From assembly GCA_029979505.1 (NCBI GenBank), contig JAPOHH010000002.1, positions 118-64,117 of the forward strand: 64,000 nt of DNA, read 5' to 3'. Position numbers and translations under genes: made by a program. Source of the DNA: a bacterium (GTDB taxonomy: Bacteria > Pseudomonadota > Gammaproteobacteria > GCA-002705445 > GCA-002716945). Positions 1-10,029 of the stretch are shown here, piece by piece (position 1 is the first letter of the stretch; each line of letters begins with the position of its first letter). Below the pieces are notes generated by a model that was given only the letters and a program-made list of their open reading frames with translations, did no database searches and was not told the origin of the DNA.

Positions 1-302
1 GTTATTAGCATAGAGCGGGAAACTGATGCCTAAATATATTCTGTCTATAGATTCTTTCTGAAAAGGGAAATATAAAGAGGGAAGCTCTGTGTCATTATCA
101 AAATTTATTGAATCTAGAGTGTAACTTTTAATGTCTTTGCTGGGCTTCACAGCGCCATGTTTGTCTCTTGTGTCCGATGCATAATAGTCTATGTCATCCT
201 CAATATATTTGCTTGATTTATGGAATATTATATCTGTCATATATCTGATATTATGGTTGTAGATTTTATCATGAACTCTATACTTTCAACAGTAATAATA
301 AG

Positions 303-1535
303 TTGCACTTTATGAGTAGTATTATAGCTTTTGCATTTATAGTAACTCTTCTCGTTACACTGTCTAGTGGCGCTCCAATATATATTTTATTAGTATCATT
401 ATTTTTTTACTATTTAATTTATTATTTGACATCAAAAAAAGTAAAGGAAAATAAAAAACTTGTTATAAAATTAAACAATAGTAAACAAGAAAACGACATT
501 TTTTTCTCTGAAAAAAATAATAGTATTTTTACCCAAAATAAATTTCCAATGCTCATAGTAAACAAATCGTTTACTATCGAATCTTCGAACATGGCTTTTA
601 ATTCATTTATTGGAAAAGATGCGAAAGGAATGAATCTATCATTATGTTTAAGATCAAATGAATTAAATGATGCATTGAGTAACACTTTCGTTAATCAAAG
701 GATAGGAGATATAAATTTTATTATTTATGATCAGGTCCATAAATATATTCAATCACAGGTATTTCCTATAAAAATTAAAAATGAAACTTATGCACTCATA
801 ATATTAATTGACGAAACATCGGAAAAAGTTTCTCAAAAAGTAAAATCAGATTTTGTTTCAAACGTAAGTCATGAGCTTAAAACTCCACTTACAGCAATAA
901 TCGGATTTATTGAAACAATAAACGGACCAGCAAAAGACGACAGTATAAAAAAAGAAAAATTCCTAAAAATTATTCAATCTGAAGCAGAGAGGATGCAAAG
1001 ACTTGTAAATGATACGCTTTCGTTAACTCGTGTGGAAGAGTCACAATACCAAACACCTAATGAAAAAGTAGACCTATGGTTATGTGCCAGTTCAGCTATA
1101 GATTCTGTAAGGTCTTTAGCAGATAAAAAAAGGATAAAAATTTCTTTTAATGAGGAGTATAAAGCTGGTGTTTTATATGTGAGGGGAAATCAGGATCAAA
1201 TCACTGAAATTTTTGAAAATTTATTGGATAATGCTATCACTTACAGTAGCGAAGACACTAGAATCAAAATAATGTTTTTTAATAAAGAAAAAACTATTAA
1301 GTTTAAAGTTTTAGACCAAGGCTGTGGAATACAAAAAGATGATATTGTGAGGGTTTCAGAGAGATTCTTTAGGTCTAAAACAGCAAACAAATATAAAAAA
1401 AATAGCTCTGGTCTAGGTCTTTCTATAGTAAAGCATATAGTGAAAAGGCATGCTGGTAATTTATATATAGATAGTGAGGAAGGAGTCGGGTCTACTTTTT
1501 CGATAGATCTGCCTAAGTTTGGGATTAATTCATAA
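303..1535 (+). CDS. phoR: Phosphate regulon sensor histidine kinase (PhoR-like); membrane-anchored, HisKA + HATPase domains
   Basis: N-terminal TM segments; H-box 'SHELKTPLTAIIGF'; G-box 'GSGLGLSIVKHIV...GVGSTF'; sits directly upstream of pstS. Confidence 0.75.
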   Translation: MHFMSSIIAFAFIVTLLVTLSSGAPIYILLVSLFFYYLIYYLTSKKVKENKKLVIKLNNSKQENDIFFSEKNNSIFTQNKFPMLIVNKSFTIESSNMAFNSFIGKDAKGMNLSLCLRSNELNDALSNTFVNQRIGDINFIIYDQVHKYIQSQVFPIKIKNETYALIILIDETSEKVSQKVKSDFVSNVSHELKTPLTAIIGFIETINGPAKDDSIKKEKFLKIIQSEAERMQRLVNDTLSLTRVEESQYQTPNEKVDLWLCASSAIDSVRSLADKKRIKISFNEEYKAGVLYVRGNQDQITEIFENLLDNAITYSSEDTRIKIMFFNKEKTIKFKVLDQGCGIQKDDIVRVSERFFRSKTANKYKKNSSGLGLSIVKHIVKRHAGNLYIDSEEGVGSTFSIDLPKFGINS

Positions 1536-1612
1536 ATCTGTAACAAATGTTTAATTTCAGCTTCATGCATAGCTAGTGTAATTGCATTACTAAAATAATA
1601 AATGGAGACAGT

Positions 1613-2653
1613 ATGAAATATCTTTCAATAGTATTAACTCTCTTAGTTGCATTTGGCCTGTCGAATGCAGACGCTAGGGATTCAATAAAAATTGTTGGTT
1701 CTTCTACAGTATACCCTTTTGCTACCGTAGTAGCTGAGGAGTTTGGAAGAGCTGATAATGGTTTTAAAGCGCCTATAATTGAATCAACAGGATCAGGTGG
1801 CGGTCTCAAGCTCTTTTGTGCAGGAAAAGGTCCAGGAACACCTGATGTTACTAATGCATCAAGAAGAATAAAGTCAAAAGAAGTAAAGCTATGTGCTAAA
1901 AATGGCATTACAGACATAACTGAGATGAAAATTGGTTTCGATGGTATTGTAGTAGCTAATGCTAAAAATGGAGCTACATTAAGTCTTACAAGAAAAGATT
2001 TATATTTAGCCCTTGCTGCTGAAGTTCCCTGCGGTATACAAGATGGTGTAACGTGTACTAATGAATACAAAACATGGAATCAAGTTAGATCAGATCTACC
2101 TAATATGCCTATAGTTGTTTATGGCCCTCCACCTACATCAGGGACAAGAGATGCTTTTGCTGAAATTGCTCTAAGTGGCGGATGCAATGAAATACCATGG
2201 ATAAAAAAGCTAAAGAAAAAAGATAAAAAGGCTTGGAAAAAACTTTGCCGTACAGTTCGTGAAGACGGTCCATATATTGAGGCTGGTGAAAATGATAATC
2301 TAATTATTCAAAAATTAACTGCCAATAAAGACTCATTTGGAATATTTGGATTTAGTTTCTTAGATCAAAATAAAGACAAAGTAAAAGGATCTGTGATTGA
2401 TGGCGTAGCCCCAACATTTGATGCTATTGCTTCAGGTGATTATAAAGTATCACGTTCTCTGTATTTTTACGTGAAAAATGATCATGTTGGCGTTATACCT
2501 GGAGTTCAAGAGTATATGGAGTTTTTCATGAGTGATGATGCTATCGGTTCCGATGGTTATCTCCTAGATAAGGGTTTAATTCCTCTGCCTGAAAGCTCTA
2601 GAGCTAAGTATCAAGCTGATGCAAAATCACTAAGCAAACTAGTCCTTAATTAA
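1613..2653 (+). CDS. pstS: Phosphate ABC transporter periplasmic substrate-binding protein PstS
   Basis: Signal peptide; 'GSSTVYPF' and 'SGTRDAF' PstS-type motifs; followed by pstCAB-phoU. Confidence 0.9.
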   Translation: MKYLSIVLTLLVAFGLSNADARDSIKIVGSSTVYPFATVVAEEFGRADNGFKAPIIESTGSGGGLKLFCAGKGPGTPDVTNASRRIKSKEVKLCAKNGITDITEMKIGFDGIVVANAKNGATLSLTRKDLYLALAAEVPCGIQDGVTCTNEYKTWNQVRSDLPNMPIVVYGPPPTSGTRDAFAEIALSGGCNEIPWIKKLKKKDKKAWKKLCRTVREDGPYIEAGENDNLIIQKLTANKDSFGIFGFSFLDQNKDKVKGSVIDGVAPTFDAIASGDYKVSRSLYFYVKNDHVGVIPGVQEYMEFFMSDDAIGSDGYLLDKGLIPLPESSRAKYQADAKSLSKLVLN

Positions 2654-2670
2654 TTAATTTATAAATTAGT

Positions 2671-2702
2671 AAGTATCGCCCGGTTATAATCTGGCGATAC
2701 TT
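2671..2702 (+). terminator. GC-rich perfect hairpin (10-bp stem AAGTATCGCC/GGCGATACTT, 12-nt loop) just after the pstS stop; probable intra-operon attenuator/partial terminator
   Basis: Perfect inverted repeat seen directly; GC-rich in an AT-rich background; weak U-tract (ATTCAGATT) follows; classic position after the highly expressed pstS. Confidence 0.5.
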
Positions 2703-2712
2703 ATTCAGATTG

Positions 2713-3354
2713 ATGAAGAAGATAATATCAGAATTTCTGGGAATGATGACGCTTACTATGTGTGTAGTTGGAAGTGGCATTATGGCAGAAAATATAAGCC
2801 AGGGATTTGAAGGAATTACACTATTAATCAACTCAATTTCGACTTCAGCTATTTTAATAGTCATTATTCTAACATTCAGACAAATTTCAGGTGCACACTT
2901 TAATCCAGCAGTATCCCTAAGCTTTTACATCCAAAATAAATTAGAACTATTAGATTTTTTTAGATATGTGGCTGCTCATATTACAGGCGGGATAGTAGGA
3001 ATAATATTCATACATATAATGTTCGACATGAATATTTTTGAGTTTAGCTCAAAATATAGAGATGGATTGAATATCATATTTTCAGAGATAGTTACTTCAT
3101 TTTTATTAGTTTTTATTATTTGCATGTCTCAACAAAAAGATGATATGACAGTCGCTTTACTCGTCGGCTTATACATAGGTGCTGGCTACTTTTTTTCCTC
3201 GTCCACCTCTTTTGCAAACCCGGCAATAACAGTAGCGCGAATATTCACTGATTCATATACAGGTATACATATATCAAATATAGCAGGCTTTATATCTGCT
3301 CAGCTTATTGGTTCATATTTAGCAACAATAACTTATAAATACCTCAAAAGTTAG
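2713..3354 (+). CDS. MIP/aquaporin-family channel, short and divergent (possible arsenite/small-solute channel, AqpS-like role)
   Basis: First NPA box 'ISGAHFNPAVS', second 'SFANPAITVAR'; N-terminal 'SEFLGMM' aligns with AqpZ 'AECFGTF'; about 6 TM; probably starts at ATG 2713 (the ORF track's TTG at 2710 is also possible). Confidence 0.7.
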   Translation: MKKIISEFLGMMTLTMCVVGSGIMAENISQGFEGITLLINSISTSAILIVIILTFRQISGAHFNPAVSLSFYIQNKLELLDFFRYVAAHITGGIVGIIFIHIMFDMNIFEFSSKYRDGLNIIFSEIVTSFLLVFIICMSQQKDDMTVALLVGLYIGAGYFFSSSTSFANPAITVARIFTDSYTGIHISNIAGFISAQLIGSYLATITYKYLKS

Positions 3355-3408
3355 TACTATTTAACATAACTGTAACATTCGAGACTTATCATTAATCAAC
3401 TAAATAAT

Positions 3409-4776
3409 ATGACAGTATTCCTACTAATTTTAATTTCAAGCCTAGCGGTTTATGGATTCATTTTAAATAAAAGCAAAGCTAGTGTTATGTCAGACACAAA
3501 CATAATGCACTCCCAACCTCATTATCATGGTTTATATTCTGCATTTATTACCTTAGTTCCGGCAATTTTACTCCTATTTTTTTGGTCATTCATTGTGAAT
3601 ATGATTACAAACATAACCTTGAAAGATTTTTTTTCTGATATTACCGATACAGGTTTAATAAAATTCTACACAGATGGTGTCATAGGATACGCAGAAGGCG
3701 CGACAGATAAAATAATAAATCATGCCGGTTTTATGCCGGCTGTAGAACACTATCAAGCATTACAACACAATAATAAAATTTTACAATTCATTGTAATCTC
3801 AACTTTAAGTTTGATGCTCTTTAGATATTCCTTAAAATTTGTTGAAGTTGAATTTAAAGCTAGAGATTATATAGAGAGAGTAATAGTGATTGTTATGCGA
3901 GCATCAGCAGTCTTTGCTATATTCGTGACTATTGGCATTGTTTTGTCTTTATTATTTGAGACTCTTAGGTTTTTTGATTCTGTAAATGTATTCGATTTTT
4001 TGTTTGGATTACACTGGAGCCCTCAGATGGCTATAAGAGCAGACCAAGTTGGATCCTCAGGTAGTTTTGGTGCTGTACCAGTTTTTACTGGGACACTGCT
4101 TATAGCATTTATAGCGATGACAGTTGCCACACCTATCGGTATGTTTTCAGCGATATATTTATCACAATATGCCTCAGAAAATATAAGAAGTTATGCAAAA
4201 CCTATTATTGAGATACTTGCCGGCATACCTACAGTTGTATACGGTTTTTTTGCAGTAATAACAGTTGCTCCGTTTTTTAGAGATATGGGTGCATTTTTCT
4301 CTTTTACAAATATGAGCTCTGAGAGCGCGCTAATTGCTGGTTCTGTTTTGGGTATAATGATAATACCATTTGTTGCCTCACTAACAGATGATGCATTAAC
4401 TGCTGTTCCGCGCTCTTTAAAAGAAGGCTCACTTGCTATGGGAGCAACATTATCAGAAACAACTAAAAAGGTAATCATACCAGCATCATTTCATGGAATT
4501 GTAGGAAGCTTCTTATTGGCGGTCTCGCGTGCGATAGGAGAAACTATGATTGTCGTAATGGCTGCAGGCTTTGCTGCTAATCTTACTTTTAACCCATTTG
4601 ACAGTGTAAGCACAGTTACAGTTCAGATAGTTGGCCTACTAACTGGCGATCAGGAGTTCGATAGTCCAAAAACATTATCTGCTTTTGCATTAGCTTTTGT
4701 ATTATTTTTCATCACATTAGTTTTGAATGTTATATCACTAACAATTGTAAAAAAATATAGAGAAGAGTATGAATAA
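3409..4776 (+). CDS. pstC: Phosphate ABC transporter permease PstC (long form with N-terminal extension)
   Basis: ABC permease EAA-type loop; position between pstS and pstA; 455 aa long-form as in Pseudomonas-type PstC. Confidence 0.85.
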   Translation: MTVFLLILISSLAVYGFILNKSKASVMSDTNIMHSQPHYHGLYSAFITLVPAILLLFFWSFIVNMITNITLKDFFSDITDTGLIKFYTDGVIGYAEGATDKIINHAGFMPAVEHYQALQHNNKILQFIVISTLSLMLFRYSLKFVEVEFKARDYIERVIVIVMRASAVFAIFVTIGIVLSLLFETLRFFDSVNVFDFLFGLHWSPQMAIRADQVGSSGSFGAVPVFTGTLLIAFIAMTVATPIGMFSAIYLSQYASENIRSYAKPIIEILAGIPTVVYGFFAVITVAPFFRDMGAFFSFTNMSSESALIAGSVLGIMIIPFVASLTDDALTAVPRSLKEGSLAMGATLSETTKKVIIPASFHGIVGSFLLAVSRAIGETMIVVMAAGFAANLTFNPFDSVSTVTVQIVGLLTGDQEFDSPKTLSAFALAFVLFFITLVLNVISLTIVKKYREEYE

Positions 4777-5986
4777 TATTAGCGCAAGAAACAAATCAGA
4801 AAAAAGATTCCAAATGTATGGCAAGACAGCTGTCTTGATTGCAATAGGTTTTCTAGTGATACTATTATTTAATATATTTTCTACAGGCATAAGCGCCTTC
4901 AAACAAACTTACATTGCTGTGAATTTGGAAATACCTGCTGATTTTGACAAAAAAAATATTAATCCTAGAACTGAGTTAAATAAACATTTTTTAAAAATGT
5001 TTCCTGAAGCTACAACAAGAACAGAAAGGAGGGCGCTGCTATCACTTCTTAGTAAAGGAGCAAGATATGAATTTAGTGAACTTATTAATCAAAATAAAGA
5101 AAGAAGCATTCAAGGATATCATTGGTTTTTAGCATCAGCAGATTTAGACATGTATATTAAGGGCACCGTCAAAAGACAAGGCGATACAGCAGGTAGGATA
5201 GATGAGAACCAAATGTTTTTTATTGACAAACTACTATCAAAAAATTTAATTGAGCTTCAAGCAAATAAGTATTTACTATCCTCCGCAGATAGTAGAGAGC
5301 CGGAAATGGCCGGCATTAGAGGTGCCATTATTGGTTCATTGTATTCAATTCTAATAGCTTTTCTAGTTTCATTTCCTATAGCAGTTATGGCTGCAGTCTA
5401 TCTTGAAAAGATAGCATCAAAAAATAAATTCTCTGACTTAATTGAGACAAATATAAATAACTTGGCTGCAGTTCCATCGATAGTATTTGGCCTGTTAGGA
5501 CTTGCAATATTTTTAAACTTCTTTGAATTACCTAGGTCGGCTCCCTTAGTTGGAGGTCTTACTCTTGCTTTAATGACATTACCCACAATAGTTATTGCTT
5601 CAAGAGCAGCTATCAAATCGGTACCTCCATCAATTGAAGAGGCCGCAATAGGATTGGGAGCTAGTAAAGTTCAGACAATATTTGGTTTTACACTTCCTCT
5701 AGCTATGCCTGGTATCTTGACTGGTACGATTATAGGTATAGCACAAGCTATTGGCGAGACTGCACCATTACTTATGATAGGAATGGTTGCGTTTGTGGTC
5801 GATGTCCCCGGTAGCCCTTTAGATGCGTCAACTGCTCTACCTGTACAAATATATCTATGGGCAGACAGTCCAGAACGAGCATTTACAGAACGCACTTCAG
5901 CTGCAATTATGGTACTGCTTGGCTTTTTGATATTGCTTAACTTAACAGCAATTTACTTAAGAAAAAAACTAGAAAAAAAATGGTAA
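4769..5986 (+). CDS. pstA: Phosphate ABC transporter permease PstA (long form)
   Basis: Overlaps pstC stop; multi-TM permease; conserved C-terminal permease core 'GETAPLLMIG'. Confidence 0.85.
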   Translation: MNNISARNKSEKRFQMYGKTAVLIAIGFLVILLFNIFSTGISAFKQTYIAVNLEIPADFDKKNINPRTELNKHFLKMFPEATTRTERRALLSLLSKGARYEFSELINQNKERSIQGYHWFLASADLDMYIKGTVKRQGDTAGRIDENQMFFIDKLLSKNLIELQANKYLLSSADSREPEMAGIRGAIIGSLYSILIAFLVSFPIAVMAAVYLEKIASKNKFSDLIETNINNLAAVPSIVFGLLGLAIFLNFFELPRSAPLVGGLTLALMTLPTIVIASRAAIKSVPPSIEEAAIGLGASKVQTIFGFTLPLAMPGILTGTIIGIAQAIGETAPLLMIGMVAFVVDVPGSPLDASTALPVQIYLWADSPERAFTERTSAAIMVLLGFLILLNLTAIYLRKKLEKKW

Positions 5987-5992
5987 TAAAAT

Positions 5993-6757
5993 ATGACTGA
6001 AAATCTAAAAGTATCTATAAGAAATCTAAATGTTTTCTATGGAAAAAAACAAGCATTGTTTGATGTATCTCTAAATATAATGGAAAAAGAGGTCACATCA
6101 TTAATTGGGCCATCAGGCTGTGGAAAGTCAACGTTACTAAAATGCATTAATAGAATGAATGATCTGGTAGAGATATGCAATATAAACGGTCAAATTTTAC
6201 TAGATTCTGTTGATATAAACGAAGTATCTCAAGACCCTGTACTATTAAGAATGAAAGTAGGTATGGTTTTTCAAAAACCTAACCCATTTCCAAAATCAAT
6301 ATATGATAATGTGGCTTTTGGACCTAGACTGCATGGCATGACAAAATCAAAAGAAGATTTAGATAATATTGTTATTCAAAGTTTATCTAAATCTGGATTA
6401 TATGAAGAAGTTAAGGATAGATTATATGAACCAGGGACAGGATTGTCTGGCGGTCAACAACAAAGATTGTGCATTGCGCGCGCATTAGCTGTAAACCCAC
6501 AAATTCTTCTAATGGATGAACCTTGTTCTGCATTAGATCCAATAGCGACTGCAAAAATTGAAGATTTAATAGCAGAGCTAAAACAGCAATATACAATTGT
6601 GATAGTTACACATTCTATGCAACAGGCAGCAAGAGTATCTGATAGGACAGCATATATGCATATGGGTGAATTAATTGAAACCGGTATGACTAAAACGATT
6701 TTTTCAAATCCACAACACGAAAAAACTCAAGACTACATTACAGGGAGGATTGGATAA
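5993..6757 (+). CDS. pstB: Phosphate ABC transporter ATP-binding protein PstB
   Basis: Walker A 'GPSGCGKST', signature 'LSGGQQQR', Walker B 'LLMDEP'; 254 aa. Confidence 0.9.
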   Translation: MTENLKVSIRNLNVFYGKKQALFDVSLNIMEKEVTSLIGPSGCGKSTLLKCINRMNDLVEICNINGQILLDSVDINEVSQDPVLLRMKVGMVFQKPNPFPKSIYDNVAFGPRLHGMTKSKEDLDNIVIQSLSKSGLYEEVKDRLYEPGTGLSGGQQQRLCIARALAVNPQILLMDEPCSALDPIATAKIEDLIAELKQQYTIVIVTHSMQQAARVSDRTAYMHMGELIETGMTKTIFSNPQHEKTQDYITGRIG

Positions 6758-6788
6758 TATTATTTATAAATAATATACAATAAAAATT

Positions 6789-7514
6789 ATGACTGATTAT
6801 AGAGAGCATATCGTAAAATCTTTTGATGAGGAGATTACCAATATAATACATCTTACAACTAAGATGGCTACTTTAGTAGAGGAACAGTACAAGCTTTTAT
6901 ATCATGTGGTAGATACGGGATCACCTTCTACTACTGAAGATATTTTAGAAAATGAACCCAAGCTAGATAACTATGACGCGGAAATCAGAGATGCAGTAAT
7001 TACACTTATTACACTAAGGTCTCCTGTAGCAGTTGATTTACGCGATATTCTTACTTCTCTGAGAATATCAACGGATTTAGAGAGACTTGGTGATTATGCT
7101 AAAAATATAGCCATGAGAGTCGCCACTCTCGAAGAGATTCCAGAAACTAATATAAAAAATGATATTTTAAGATTAGTCACTCTTGTGCAAGTCCAACTAA
7201 AAAAAGTCATAGATGCCTATGTGTCAAAAGATATTGGCAAGGCAAGGGAAGTTATTCAAAATGATATTGAAATAGATAATAACTACAATGTTATTTATGA
7301 AAAAATTGTTGATTTAATAAAAGGTAAAGTATCAAAACTTAGACTTCTCACATATACTAAATTGCTATTTGCTATCAAGACACTTGAAAGGGCTGGAGAC
7401 CACATAGGTAACGTAGCAGAAGAAATTCACTTCATTGTTACTGGCGAGCACATAGACTTAAAAGATAATAAGGAAGGAAACTTAGAAGAAGCATTAGAAG
7501 ATTCAAACAAATGA
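6789..7514 (+). CDS. phoU: Phosphate signalling complex protein PhoU
   Basis: Two PhoU repeats (E..D..ERLGD / ERAGDH motifs); follows pstB. Confidence 0.85.
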   Translation: MTDYREHIVKSFDEEITNIIHLTTKMATLVEEQYKLLYHVVDTGSPSTTEDILENEPKLDNYDAEIRDAVITLITLRSPVAVDLRDILTSLRISTDLERLGDYAKNIAMRVATLEEIPETNIKNDILRLVTLVQVQLKKVIDAYVSKDIGKAREVIQNDIEIDNNYNVIYEKIVDLIKGKVSKLRLLTYTKLLFAIKTLERAGDHIGNVAEEIHFIVTGEHIDLKDNKEGNLEEALEDSNK

Positions 7515-8197
7515 CCACTATTTTTTCTATAGAGGATGAAGAGGCTCTCGTATCTCTAATTGAGTATAACGTTACATCCGCAGGTTTTAAATTCGCACAT
7601 TCATCCACAGGTTATGAGGGAATGTTAAGTATTCAAAAATCTAAACCTGATCTAATTTTACTTGATTGGATGCTACCAGATACATCAGGGATAGAAGTAT
7701 GTAAATTTATCAGAGCACACAAAGAGCTAAAATCTACTCCTATTATTATGCTAACAGCAAAAGGAGAGGAGCAGGATCTTATTTCTGGTTTTGATATGGG
7801 TTGTGATGATTACATAACTAAACCTTTTAGCCCCGCTGAGTTAATCGCAAGAATTAAAGCGCTCTTAAGAAGAAGTAATGATAAAGAGGATAAAATGGTA
7901 CTGGTGTATGGAAATATTAAAATGGATACAGGAACTCATCGTGTTTATTGTTGTGATGAAGAGGCTAAACTTGGACCAAGAGAATATAGAATACTGGAAT
8001 TCCTCATGCGACATCCTGGAAGAGTTTACTCTCGTCAACAGATATTAGACTCTGTTTGGGGAACAAACGTCTATGTCACTGATAGAACTATCGACGTACA
8101 CATAAGAAGATTAAGAAAAGCATTGAGCAAAACTGAGGAATGTAAAGTAATCAGGACAATTAGGTCTTCTGGGTATTCATTAGATTCTAACGTATGA
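7511..8197 (+). CDS. phoB: OmpR-family response regulator PhoB
   Basis: Receiver domain 'DLILLDWMLPDTSG' with a conserved Asp; C-terminal winged helix; start overlaps the phoU stop. Confidence 0.85.
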   Translation: MTTIFSIEDEEALVSLIEYNVTSAGFKFAHSSTGYEGMLSIQKSKPDLILLDWMLPDTSGIEVCKFIRAHKELKSTPIIMLTAKGEEQDLISGFDMGCDDYITKPFSPAELIARIKALLRRSNDKEDKMVLVYGNIKMDTGTHRVYCCDEEAKLGPREYRILEFLMRHPGRVYSRQQILDSVWGTNVYVTDRTIDVHIRRLRKALSKTEECKVIRTIRSSGYSLDSNV

Positions 8198-8212
8198 AAA
8201 TTTATTAATTAA

Positions 8213-8647
8213 GTGATTAAAGAAAAACCCATTAGTGTGCTTTTTATATGTACCGGAAATTCAGCAAGATCCATCATGGGAGAACTTGCTGCTAATACAC
8301 TTACTGAAGGTAAGTTTATCGGATACTCAGCGGGCTCTAATCCTGCTGGAAAAATAAATAACGCAGCTCTTAAAATTGCCGAAGAAATATTATATCCAAA
8401 GGCTAGGTTAGCATCTGAAAGCATAGAGCTTTACTCAAATAACAATTTCTTTTTTGATTTTGCAATTACTGTGTGTGATCAGGCTAGGGAAACTTGTCCA
8501 GTATTTCATAATTCCTTAAATACTTTTCATTGGACTTATGAAGATCCAGCATTAATTACAGATTTTGAAATTCGTAAACAGAAATTATTCTCGATATACC
8601 ATGATATAGGATCTAAATTGAATTTACTCTTCAAGCAAGAAATGTAA
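8213..8647 (+). CDS. arsC: Arsenate reductase, thioredoxin-coupled LMW-PTP type (ArsC)
   Basis: P-loop 'VLFICTGNSARS' (CX5R); downstream Cys pair 'TVCDQARETCPV' typical of Trx-type ArsC (Cys82/Cys89); GTG start 15 nt after the phoB stop. Confidence 0.7.
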   Translation: MIKEKPISVLFICTGNSARSIMGELAANTLTEGKFIGYSAGSNPAGKINNAALKIAEEILYPKARLASESIELYSNNNFFFDFAITVCDQARETCPVFHNSLNTFHWTYEDPALITDFEIRKQKLFSIYHDIGSKLNLLFKQEM

Positions 8648-8787
8648 TTTTTTTCATAAAACTGAAACATTACAAAAACAAATATTTCATGTAACTTTAT
8701 CAAAAGCGTGTAGTTTCACTTTGTAACATAACCTTGTTCTTAATAAATAATTTTGAACATCTAAACGTTATTAAACAAAGAGGAAAT

Positions 8788-9891
8788 ATGAAACTATTAT
8801 ATAAATATCTTGTTCTTGCTTTAGTAGCAGTTCCTTTAGTTGGTTTTACAGGCGGATATGTTACAAATTCTGTCATTAAACCAAACGAAGCTGTGGCTGC
8901 ACAAGGTAAAAAAGGATCTAGTGCAAAGGTTTATGGACGCCTTTGGACTCAGTACAGTAATGAAAAAACATCGGGCGGAAATGCACAAACTGCAATTATG
9001 GATGACGAGGGTATGGCCCGAGTTGGTGTTAAAGGAAAATCTTCAATAGGTAACGGCTATGCAGTTAACTATAAAGTTGAATGGGCAATCGATCTTGGTG
9101 ATGGTGATGCCTCTGGCTTAAAAGAAAGTAGCAACGAAAAGTCTAATGCATTTACCTTAAAACAAGGCTGGCTTGGGTTACTTACTCCTATGGGTCAGTT
9201 CAAGTTTGGGTCAATGGAATCGCCATACAAATTTATGGCAAAACATGACATCTTGCATGACACACTTGCTCAAATGAGAGATACCAATGGTATATCTGCA
9301 GGTGAAATGTCTCACTCTGGTTATTGGAGAGGTTCAGTTTACTATGAATTAAAAATGGGTGATCTTAAATTTGCTGCAATTAAGGGTGTAACTGATCATG
9401 ATGGCGATACTTTCGAACACAACGGAGGTGACAAAGGAGATTATGGTTACGGTATTGAATACAAAAACTTCTTAATCAAAGGTTTTGAAGTTGTCTACGC
9501 ATATAACCATGATCAAGGAGCTGATGAAGCTAATAAAAAATACACACTTACATACAATACAAAACTTGGTGACAAGCAGAAAGTAAAGGTATGGTACATG
9601 CATGAAGATGTTGAACTTGATACAAGCATGTTCAAGACAACAGGTAATGGTGAAGTCGATTGGTATGGGATCACATATTCAACAGGACCTATGAAATTAA
9701 TGTATACAATATCTGATTCAGAGCATGACACAATTGCAAATGCTGGCGGCGATGCTTACAGCTTAGGCATGCAATATAAGTTATCTAAAACAAGTAGATT
9801 CTATGCTGGTTATTCAGATTATGATGGTGAGTCAGCTGCAGGAGATGCTGATTATCGAACATATATTTTTGGATTAAGACATGACTTCTAA
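8788..9891 (+). CDS. Outer-membrane general porin (Gram-negative porin family); possibly Pho-regulon porin
   Basis: Signal peptide 'MKLLYKYLVLALVAVPLVG'; RBS AGAGGAAAT before the ATG at 8788; aromatic-rich beta-strand pattern; C-terminal 'LRHDF'; paralogous to the CDS at 35783-36859. Confidence 0.75.
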   Translation: MKLLYKYLVLALVAVPLVGFTGGYVTNSVIKPNEAVAAQGKKGSSAKVYGRLWTQYSNEKTSGGNAQTAIMDDEGMARVGVKGKSSIGNGYAVNYKVEWAIDLGDGDASGLKESSNEKSNAFTLKQGWLGLLTPMGQFKFGSMESPYKFMAKHDILHDTLAQMRDTNGISAGEMSHSGYWRGSVYYELKMGDLKFAAIKGVTDHDGDTFEHNGGDKGDYGYGIEYKNFLIKGFEVVYAYNHDQGADEANKKYTLTYNTKLGDKQKVKVWYMHEDVELDTSMFKTTGNGEVDWYGITYSTGPMKLMYTISDSEHDTIANAGGDAYSLGMQYKLSKTSRFYAGYSDYDGESAAGDADYRTYIFGLRHDF

Positions 9892-10006
9892 TCCTCTTTG
9901 AGATTGGATAGTAGAGGCTAGTTCTCCTATTAGTTTGACGTTAACACCAACCTAATTTAAAACTAGTCTCTTTTCTCACTGTAAAGTTTTTCATTTATAT
10001 ATACCT

Positions 10007-10029
10007 GGGGCTATTTCCAAAGTAGCCCC
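10007..10029. other. GC-rich perfect hairpin GGGGCTA-N9-TAGCCCC in the porin / small-OMP intergenic region
   Basis: 7-bp perfect inverted repeat with a 9-nt loop; no clear U-tract on either strand; immediately preceded by the motif TTTATATATACCTG. Confidence 0.35.

Noticed and set aside
1-302. Possible gene in the first 300 bp
   Set aside because: Only a 44-codon minus-strand ORF with no RBS or homology is present. The rest is stop-rich and is treated as the non-coding phoR upstream region.
422-2070. Antisense ORFs inside phoR/pstS (422-685, 1241-1570, 1573-2070 minus strand), and similar shadow ORFs throughout (e.g. 4191-4478, 5398-5895, 13644-14576, 22537-23844, 28221-29120, 33545-34369, 45158-46150, 49238-50241, 54715-54969, 57047-57277)
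   Set aside because: All lie opposite strongly homology-supported genes. They have low-complexity translations and no RBS, which is typical of shadow ORFs in AT-rich DNA.
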